In this document: positions 26,419 to 36,887 of the stretch, piece after piece
How positions within the stretch are numbered: the first letter of the stretch is position 1
Layout: every line of letters begins with the position of its first letter
Assembly: GCA_051362555.1 (NCBI GenBank)
Contig: CM120643.1
Location: 26,168,848-26,232,847 of the forward strand
DNA length: 64,000 nucleotides
From: Lingula anatina
Taxonomy: Eukaryota > Animalia > Brachiopoda
Direction of reading: 5' to 3'
Made by a program: the position numbers and the translations under genes
The notes under the pieces: model-generated
The model's database searches: none
Seen by the model: the letters and a program-made list of their open reading frames with translations, nothing else
What the model was told of the DNA's origin: nothing

Positions 26419-26870
26419 TCTTACAATCGAAGGTCAGTACCACAACACAAGCAACATTCTGCTTTAAAAACTAATTTTGGTGTTGCCATTGCGCAGCCCT
26501 TATAGTGGTATCGGGCATACAGTGTAGCTGTCAAACTTGGAACACGGCACGCACGTTGTATTGTGTTTATATAAATCTTCAGGAGCAAAAAATACAAAAA
26601 CATTGGATATACCTTTTTCTTTTAGAAAAATATTATTTATTTTTTACTTTACATATCTTAAATACAGTAAATAAAATTAAATAAAGCAGAATAAAATCTG
26701 TATTACGTTTCATTTTGGTCTGATGACATTCAACTGCAGATTCACTGCGGAGCAGTTCTATTTGATTGGCGGAAATCTAACATAGCCGCTATTTGTCAGA
26801 GCTAGTAAAAGCGATCGCATCACAAGATTTTTAACAAGCTAGCTTTTACTGTGCTCTGACACTCAGGGTA
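26419..26870 (-). mobile_element. Inverted partial copy of the 23116 element, fused to the truncated UGT
   Basis: The reverse complement matches 23116-23590. It ends CTCTGACACTCAGGG-TA at 26870. Confidence 0.7.
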
Positions 26871-28089
26871 GTCAAATTCAGATTGGATTAAAATTAATCT
26901 GCATAGTGATCAAATGGTTCGAAATGAATATAGAAAAGTGCGCAGAAATGTACAATAATCGTTCTTGAATAATTTTCTGGGTTTAAATGCTGTGAAAAGT
27001 GACAATGGGATAACTCATTCCAAAATAATGATTTCGTTTATCATAATGTTTATAATTGCCAAGCCATACCAATGTTTTGACAGTTGTAGTCTATAGATAG
27101 AAAAACTTAAATGATCTTGTCTAAATTATTATACATGTAGTTATTACTTCACTTTGTAATATGAAAGAATCTGTGGTTCTAAGTCCCTTTGGCTTATTAA
27201 TTGATTTTGTTGCGAAATTTTATGATCACTACTGTATAGTAAGCACTATATTGTTAACGTGTACTTCTTTTGAGTAAAGCCACTACTAATGCCAATTGCA
27301 TGTCCTTGATATACAGACCAAATTTCATTACGAGCAATAAGCTCTATGTCTCGAATAAATCTAGCATTTGAGATTAATCATCTGTAGAAAATATTTCGTT
27401 TGCTAGAATAGCATCTGCCATACGAGTATAAATTTGATCTTGTCTCTCTCTGCTGTTTGAGTCACTTTCATAAGCTCAAAAAATAGCTGAAGAACAGTTG
27501 ATTCCGCACTTAAGAATTTATTAAATAAATCATAGCGTTTCATGTTGAAAATATGTGTTGGTGTATGGAAATACTGCAACAAACCAAAATTAATGTTATG
27601 TTGCTGTGCTATCTTTAGTGTTGTTATGTCAACTTGCCACTTAGGTGGGAAATAAAAAAATAATCTTAGTTCAAACTGTAATAGCAAAAAAATGAATGGC
27701 ATATTAATGACAGCCACTTAAAGTGGTCGTTGTTCTAGGGCTTTACTGGTTATGTATAAACATGTCATATTGCTTTATAACAATTATGTCAGTTATGTAA
27801 ATTAAAGTAACAGACTCATCAAAACATCTCGTCTGTATGTTCCAGTTTAATATGCCTTCCGTTATGACGTGGCGTAAACCACTAAGCGTGCTGATTAAAC
27901 CGGTTTACATTTAAGGTTCAGTTAAGCTGTATGACTGTTTTTCCAAAATATACATTTGACCTTCTCTTCGGTTGATCTTTTGATCTTTGTTTCTCGTGTC
28001 TATAGTCTTCTGTTGAATAATAAATGTCTCATTTTAAGTCTTGTTTAAATAAATATAATTATTTCTTAAGAGACCAATGTATTTCTCTT

Positions 28090-28950
28090 TTAATTTCTAC
28101 ATTTTTTCTTCCTTGTAAAGTCTTATTGATATGATAATCTCTTTTTAATGCATCTGAAATATTTTCTTCAGGTTCCCAGGTAGGATTCGTATAACCTTTC
28201 CATTTAACCTTGTAATGTCGTTTTATGTTTATATTCTTACAACATAATTTTTCTACTTCATAATATTCGTACGCGTCTTGCTTATCGTCCGATGTAAGTT
28301 CCGCTTTTTCTGTGTCATGAATGTCTCTATCTAGCGTTTCACTGGTCGTTTTATTCCCATTTCTTTTGTTGTCTTGCTCATAATTACTTTCATTCAGCTT
28401 TTTGTATTTATTTTAATCTTTAGGGTCATATATATCCAAACTCTATCACCTACTTTATAAATCGGTTGCTTTGACTTAAGGTCATACCTTGCTTTATACT
28501 GTTTCTGAGCTGCTTCCCTATTCTTTGCTGCAATTTCTTTTGCCGTTTTTAGGGTATCTTTTCGTTCTTCAATGCACTGATGTAGATTTTTATTTTCATG
28601 GGGTTCAGGGATCAAATCACTATTTAATGATGTACGCATTTCTCGTCCAAAAACTAAATGATAAGGAGAATACTTTGTGGACTGAGTACAAGGAGTCGCA
28701 CGTAATGCCATCATTACTCCTGGATGTATATCAGGCCAATTAGTTTGATCTTTATCACAATATTCTCTAAAAGTTTGCGCAATTATTGAATTGGTTCTTT
28801 TACAGGCTGGATTACTTTGTGGATGCCATGCGCTAGTATGATGGCTTTTTATGTGGAATAATTTACACAGTGATTAAATTATTTGAGACAAAAAAAATCT
28901 TTCCACGATCAGAAACGAGATATGACGGACAACCATATCTTGTAAAAACA
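28090..28950 (-). mobile_element. Degenerate Ty3/Gypsy LTR-retrotransposon integrase with C-terminal chromodomain
   Basis: The minus strand reads FTRYGCPSYLVSDRG..(frameshift/stop)..TSAWHPQSNPACKRTN...QTNWPD...MMALRATP...SPYHLVFGRE...YKVGDRVWI, then YYEVEKL...HYKVKWKGYTNPTWEPEENI (~28120-28265). Confidence 0.85.
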
Positions 28951-29149
28951 GATATGGTTACATTTGTAACTTCAACACTGTTCGTGTCATCTTACTGACT
29001 TAAGTTATGTTCAATTTTTTTATCTGTTTGTTTTGGTAAGAAAAGTTTAGCTTGGGTGCAATGTTTACCTTGACACATGTCAATATGACCTTTTCTTAAC
29101 TGACTGTTGTTAACAGTATCCAAAACATTTTACTACATCATATTCACTG

Positions 29150-29282
29150 TATATAAGTGAAAGCTGAGGCTCGTTGAAAGAGTTGCAGTCGTTCCCTGGC
29201 CACTGTGTTTAGGAAGCTGAACCTTATACATGTATTTGACTTGGAGACTGCTGGGCAGACTGTTTTGATTAAGACGAAAAAG
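29150..29282 (+). promoter_or_regulatory. TATA box and non-coding first exon of BRICHOS copy 2
   Basis: TATATAAG at 29150-29157 and donor AAG|GTAAGC at 29282/29283; homologous to 18107-18232. Confidence 0.65.
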
Positions 29283-29660
29283 GTAAGCTGTATCTTCCTA
29301 TACAGGTAATATATACAACATATTTCTCTTAAATTTGGTCTCTTAGAGAGAAAGGAATTGTGCTTGCATCTTACATCTTACAAAATCACCAGATATCATG
29401 ATACAAGTAAAGAAAATGTATACCAACAATTAAAACCGAAGGTTAATAGTAAATGTTTGTATTATGCAGCGAATGTAGCGATTTGATTTCTTTGAGTATC
29501 TACATATTAAATACGAAACTAGCATTACGTTAATCTGTTTTGACGTCTTATTGCTGATTAAATATTTATATTTCGTCACTTCAAGCAATCCCTTCTTCAT
29601 CTTCCTCTGGAAGCCTTGTACATGTATAAAGGCATATTACTTTCGGTGTATTTTTTCAGC

Positions 29661-32600
29661 ATGGCATCTTTGAAGACACTTGTTATTTTCATGGTGTGTT
29701 TTGCCTGCCAGGTATACGGAAGCCCAGTATTGAAGGAGGTATTGGTCAAGTCACCGTTTTAGTTTCGTGCATTTGATTCCTCGATTTAGATACATGTATG
29801 TACATTGTATATTAAAGCAACATACACGCTCGCATATACTGTATGTGGCATATGTAAACCACCTCATTAAATTTTTCTTATTTCAAAACGCATATAACGC
29901 GTACGTTTGTTCGAGCAGTTACTTTTACCTATTGACTAATTTTGGCAATAAATGTTAACGGGATCTGATAGTCCACTTAAAAGCTGCACTGCTAAATACG
30001 TCATTTTTAAATATTGCTCACAGTACTTCAGTGTCCATGTAAGAGAGGGTAAAGCTGATTTCCAACAAAAAGTTGAAATCGACATGGTCAAGCAACAGAC
30101 CTATCTTCATGTACCTGCCCACAATGCCTTACAAGAGACGGAGACGTTTAGCGACACTAAAAATGTGAGTATTTGTCATACGCCAGTAATTCATATTCTT
30201 TATCTTAGCATTAGCATGAAACAATGGGTACCTGCTGTTTAAGGGTTAATTTTTTTCTAATCAAAATGAAGCAACATGTTTGTAGGCCACATGTTAAACT
30301 GGAGTGTAGTAATATATTAGTAGCTAATGCGATGATAAAGCCGAGCCTTGCTTTTCTAAAACTACAAGGTACAATTGGCTACGTGAACTGGAAATTGGTC
30401 ACTTCCAAAGTTTCAGAGAAACGAAATGATATTTTTTGTCCAGGGTTATTCCATCCTGTGTTACAAACGAGACGGATACTGTATTCTGAGAAAAACTGAA
30501 GACACAGGTTTTGGAGATATTGACGCACTAAAGAGAGGCATGGAAAATGTGCAGGTGAGACAAGAAAACTCAAAATTTTATAACCATGCATGTCTATATA
30601 TAATTACACGGTGACGCCCCCCCCCCCAAAAAAAAAAATTATATATATATATATAGAGATAGATAGATAGGTAAATAGATAGATACATAGATAGAAGGAA
30701 GAGTGTGTTTGAATACATCCCCAAAAATGCACTGCATGACGTCACGCCTAGCCCACTACGCATGCGTGCATTTTTAATGAGTTGCTAGATTGCCGTAGGA
30801 AAATGAATGGGTTTGCGATTCGTGGGTAATTCGTGAGAATTGACAAACTAACGGCCTGATGCCGATAGACAGCAACGCTGTGCTATGCTTCAAGCAACTC
30901 CTGACCAAATATCGCTAGGGTTTTTTTAAAAAACTCTGTTGTACACACGAACTAAGAAGTTTGGCGTATATTGCCTAGCCTACCCTCAGCAAAACGCAAA
31001 TATTTTCAGTAATAGTGATTTTAGACGGTAGATTCACTCAGAAACAAAGGCAAACTAATTCGTTGCCGATAGCACCAGCAGATAGCAGCACCATACAGAG
31101 TCTGATTAAAAACTTTCATGACAATTGAAGATTTTTTACCACTGTACAATGGAGTCTAAAAAATCACTTGGCACAAATATAAAACTGCCCAGTGCAAGGA
31201 CAAGAATTCAATCAGTATTTTCAATCATATTATCAGATTCTACATAAATTGACTGACCATATCACTACTCAGTATTTAACTAATCTCTTAATCCAAAATT
31301 CCTATCATCATTTAATAATAATGCAAAATTCTTCTTTCAGATTGCTATTTATTTAAATTTTTAATGCTACAACTGTTCCAAAATAATCTTGTAGTAAAGG
31401 AAAAATGCAAATAAGAAGTGGAAGACCAATTATACCCACATTATTCAATTATTTGAATATAAAAAGAATAGGATCACGATTTAACAAATTAAAATAATCT
31501 TTCATGAACTCTTTCATGAATAACATATTAAACAAAAATAAAAGTTATAAATCAGTGGTAACGGCTTATTCTGGAATATATGACCTCTGCACATCATCAG
31601 TACCTGACTTGGTACAGTATAGTTACTACTTGGATACAGAGTTAGATTTAATAATGTAACAATAAGAACAATATGTATTATAATAAACTTCTCTGCACAT
31701 ATCAGACGCTTGTTACCATGAACTTGACAATGGGCTGAGCACTTATCACAGAGTCTGTGTGCGATGCCATTGTTGTGCTGTGATTGGTTAGTTGAGTCAC
31801 GTGAAGCCCTACTGTTGCGCCCTCGCGTATCGCGTGAATGCTGCGCATTTCTGGCCATGAATAGACATTTTTGCTACTTATGCAAATGTGCCTCCAATGT
31901 CGCAGAGGGAATTTGGAATATATTTTTCAAAATAACATAACTTTTATGCAAAGCAATTGAGATGACTGAAACTTTGGGGAATGATCATGCACATATTAAA
32001 GTTTTTGTCCAGCAAACTTCTTGAAATTTGATGGACCTTTTTTGGATTTAATGAAAATTTATTGGTTCTGTTTTTTGGTCACTCTGTACTTAAAAGAAAT
32101 TTTCAGTTAAACGTAATTTTACAGCTGTCTATCAATAATAGATTTTATCATTTATGTTAATCTTGGGAACAACCAAAATCATAGCACACGCAAAAAACAA
32201 ATATATTTCGTTACTGTAATCGACTTGCAGTCACACAAATGCATTGATGATCACCATGCTTTTTACTTTAAATATAATGATCAAGTCTTAAATCTTATAA
32301 CCAAATATATATGGTTTGATTTTGTCAACTTGTCCAATTTATGACACTTATGATAGTTTTAGGAGGGTTTTAAAGACGTTTTTTAAATGATATTACAGAC
32401 AGTTAATTAAAGTTTCTTTTAGCTTTTCTTAGCTTTTTTAGTTTTTACTTTTACACTTAATAATATTGGGACATGGTTTTCAGACGCTTTTAGCGCGGTT
32501 TTAAAAAATAAATTATCATCATCATCATTATTTTTCATTGCATTAATATCCAAATGGATTAAAATTCACCACGCGTTTTCTGCGTTACCTCTCTTTTTTT

Positions 32601-34145
32601 TTTTTTTTTTTTTTTTTGGAATCTTAAAAAAACATTGAAGTATGAATTCAAATTTCTTCTTCAGATAAAGGGGGGCCAAATGAGTGCTAATGCCTCCATG
32701 GTTGTCAATCAATACCTTTCTGCAAATCCTAAACCAATCACCGACCTTTCCTTTCTGAAAAGTGACGCCATTACTTTCCTGGGTGTTCGGCCACTGCACA
32801 ACAGTACCACCTACAAGCTGCCTCCTAACGCCAAGTTCTTTGCAGGTAAGATTCGGTGGAAGTGAATTGAAATGACTCATTCCAATAGCTGTAACACCAG
32901 TGTTCGCAGTATATACATATAATAGAATAAGGTTGGGTTAATGATTTTATCGCCCTGGTTTGGCCGTTTGTCAAAATACCTCAAATAGTTACTCGCAAAT
33001 CTTGATGAAATATTGATTCAAGAGAAAAAATATTGAACTTCGTATTTTTTTCTCTAAGTGTACATCTTAACCAACCGCAGTGTAGGATGTTGATAAAATG
33101 GCTTTAAAAAATGGGAATTGAATTCGATTAGTATTATGCTAATTTAACATTAGTTTGGAATTATATTTTTTGCTTCATATAAAAGCAAAATCAATAGCTC
33201 AAACCTACACAATTGATGCTGGTCAATTCACGGTATGTAATACTGGGTTCAACTATTTTTTAGCTGAACTATAGTTTCCCCTTCCTGAAGCGCCTTATTA
33301 CTAAATAGATGTGCCTAAAAATATACAATATACAATATTAATCTATTGGGTGGCAGACAATTCACTCTGTTCTTTGTACATTTCATATATTCTTAAGAAA
33401 ATGCAGCGTTTTTCTAAAAAGGTGTACAAAATTTTAATGGGCAGGCTTTTTCCTAAAATCTGTAGCTTTAATAAAACATTCCTTCACTAAATGTTTAAAT
33501 CACTTTAAATGTTTTTTTCTCTAAATATTTATGCAATAGTCTTTAAAAAGCATCATCATGACACAACATTTGTGATGCAAACCGCAATTTAAGTTTGAAC
33601 GTATTTCCACAGTCAACCCCTCCCGTCTCCCTCCCGCTCCCCCCTTGATGATGAAAATTGAGCTAATCATTTAGGTAATATAAATAATTAGAGCTCTTTT
33701 CATTAATCAAACAATTATTTAATGAGTAAATAACTAATAACGACGAACACTGAACTGCCTTGGAAACTCTGTGCTCCTTGCCTTAAACGATGTTTGTTTT
33801 TGTTTTATTTTTACAGATTTCACTTCACACAAGAAGAATAGAAAGAGGAGTTTATTATCACTATTTACAGCCCATTTCGCTATTAAAATCAACGGCTTTG
33901 AAACCAAGGACCATCTGAAATGTGGTATTATAGACATACCAGAGCAGATTTGGGGTTACACGGCAACCTCATCATGCGAATATATCTCCGTTTGTGGTCG
34001 TGATATAAAAAACCATAACTGCCCAGAAATACATTTCACTCAACGCACACTACTGAAATGCCTTTGTTGCCCTGGTCAGTACGTTCTAACTGAATGTATA
34101 TGTGGTGAACCGACTGCACACGTAAGATACTCACGAATTCAATGA
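29661..34145 (+). CDS. Secreted BRICHOS-domain precursor with C-terminal Cys-rich peptide, copy 2 (279 aa)
   Basis: Coding exons 29661-29738, 30024-30164, 30444-30554, 32665-32845, 33817-34145. The first four have the same lengths (78/141/111/181) and phases as copy 1. Signal peptide MASLKTLVIFMVCFACQVYG-SP. KKNRKR precedes a 98-aa peptide with 9 Cys. Confidence 0.85.
30607..32086. mobile_element. 1.48-kb non-autonomous TA-targeting DNA element (Tc1/mariner-like) in the third coding intron of BRICHOS copy 2
   Basis: TA-CACGGTGAC...GTCACTCTG-TA. The paralogous intron of copy 1 shows the empty site (TATATAAC-TA-CTTAAAA, ~19885-19900). Confidence 0.75.
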
Positions 34146-36467
34146 ACATTTTTGTAACTTGAATTTGTGGAACACCTTTGAATTATAATATTCCCCACAT
34201 CGGCATAAATGATGGTAAATTATGAACGATAATAAAAACCAATAAGTAGCAATTAATTACAATTTGTTTGAACAATAGCATTTATAAAGTTATAATGCGA
34301 TTTCAAACAGAAGTACAAAATATGTAATTCAGTAGTGCTTTAACATATTAAAACTCTGTGGTTAACATTAAACAAACGCTAATTACAGTGTCATTGGAGT
34401 TACGAAATTGCTAAATACTAATTTAATAATTTACATCATATTTAATTTAATTAAACATTACAATTGTATCTTTTAGTTGTCTTGGTTACAAAAGCGTTAA
34501 GCCCACAGTTTTGTCAAATATCTTTGCAAAAAATAAGAACAAAGGATATGATGATACAATAAATTGATAAATGATGACAATGTTTTTTTGGCTTGGTTTT
34601 GAAAAGACTCCCATCTCTCTCTCTCTCTCTCTCTCTCTCAGCACATCTTGTGGAATTATGTATATTTTGACAGTTGATAATCACTACGCCACTGACAATA
34701 TCACTGGCTTCAGCTTTACAAGCACATTTTGGACCAATATCGTTTACGCCAACTTTTTCAGTTCATTTCAAGATAAATGCGTAGAAGTCCATGGTAAATA
34801 TTATTTTACACACATAAGCAACGCCTTCTGTGTTACAAAACAGGTATTATATTTCATTTCACCAGACCATTACTGAATAGATATACATATTTAGACAAGC
34901 TTTTTGCTTGTCGTTTTGTTTTGAAAGAATTCCCTGTTGCCGGGGGGTTAACAACACACCCTCCCCCATTACATTGCAGAAGGCAGCTTAGTGCCTGATT
35001 TTAGAATTCTCGCTTCTGCTCTTAAAAGAATATGCATTGCCTAGACCCCTTTTGGAATTCATTCAAAATGCGTTAAATCGCATTAAAGTTTCAGTACATA
35101 ATGAATGACTGTACACATGTCGTTTTCATGGTATTCAAGGTTGTTTCTGTTTACAATATTTACATGATAGAAAAGGTTTTATACCTTCGTTAAAGCATGT
35201 TTCTGCGTTGTGCAATCGTTGATATGGCAAACTGTTAACATTTTTACCTGTAATAAAATGTACAAATTCGGGTTACGGCAATTTCGGCATATACTTTAGC
35301 ACAGTTAGCGTTCTTTTTCTATTTCCAAAGCAAACATACAGAAACTTTGCTAGTGCTGCAATTAATGGTTTCTCAGTGGATTTCAGGATGAAAATAATTC
35401 ATATCTACTGCAATCGTTGAAAGCTAACACATTGCGTTAGAGAAGCTTAAAATCTCAACTAACACCATCACAAAAACTGTACAATTCAGGCTCCGAGATA
35501 TCACTTCTTTGCACTCAAAGTAAATAAAAAATATTTTCGTTTTATTAAGGTCAAGTAACACTGTCACACACAAAAAAAAAACAAACTTTTGAGTACAAAA
35601 TGCAAAAAAATGATAGGAAAAATGGATGCCAGCCAACATCAATTCCTGAATAATATCTGAATGCAGTCAATGTTTGATTTGGCTTCAGTCCCTATAAGTG
35701 TGCTGGTATCATCAATTCGACGATATTTTAACGGAAAATATTAAAAGCCCTGTCTCATTGAAATCAGTTTTCCAAACAGTTGAAATGAACAAGCATTACC
35801 TGTTGTCCCACTTGTTACTAAGGAGGGTGGTCTCTAGAAAGTTCACAGCGAGACATGTTGTTTTATCATGAATAAATAATCACTTTTTTTTTCAAAAATT
35901 ACATTCTGTTTACATTTACATTCTGCCTAGTCTTTGGCACCAAAGACCAAAAGTATTCTTCAAAGAAATAATTCCATTATAACGTGCGTAACTCCTTGTA
36001 ATTTACTGGAATAAAGAAGAAGTAAAAGCAGAAGAAAAAGAAGAAATTGTATGATAGAAATTTTATTTTACGTTTTTCAAAATATTTCAATTGGACATTT
36101 TTCTTTTTACTTTCAATACCATTACTTTTCAATCTAAAATATCTCTTAAACCCTATATTATTTAATTTGTAAACTCTGCAAAACATATTCCATACTCTAT
36201 ATAAATTCATTATTATCATTAATTATATAAGAAAGGGAACGTGCACACACGCTGAGGGAGACAGTGGAAAGTTTCATGCTCTTATTATTGTAAAATATCC
36301 GCAGTTGCAATATTATTTCAAACCTCCTTTCGACGGCATGTACGGGTAGGATTGTGAGAAAGGGGGTTTGAGGGCGCTAAAAAGTGTATAACCCCCTTTG
36401 TGACAGTATGGATTGTCAATAGGATACCTCTATCCCCCTACACACATAAACACGCGCCGCACCTTCC

Positions 36468-36508
<41 letters not shown>

Positions 36509-36887
36509 CATGTGCACACACACACACAAACACACACACACAAACACACACACACACACGCACATGTAATTGCACCTTCCCAATCCCACGCGCTTTGTAA
36601 ATTTATCTAGACTAATAGCTGGGCAGTGAAGTGCCTCAAACTGGAACAAGTATTTGTCACGTGTAAAGCATTAAACGCGTCTCAGATTTTTGTCTCGTAG
36701 TTAGGCTATATATTAAAATCGTTAACGATATGTTAAAAAAAATCCATAGATATTTTACACTGCTTAAATAGAACGATAAATACAGAGAAGCCAATAACAT
36801 GACGTGTATGTTTTACATTAAAGTAAAATATAAAAAATACATTCTCCACTTATGAATAATATACGTGCCATACAATCATCACTCTTT

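Noticed and set aside
26900-28050. Possible env-like or extra ORF downstream of the Gypsy integrase (e.g. 27403-27717)
   Set aside because: Many stops and no motif I can identify; a BLASTx/HMM search would be needed.
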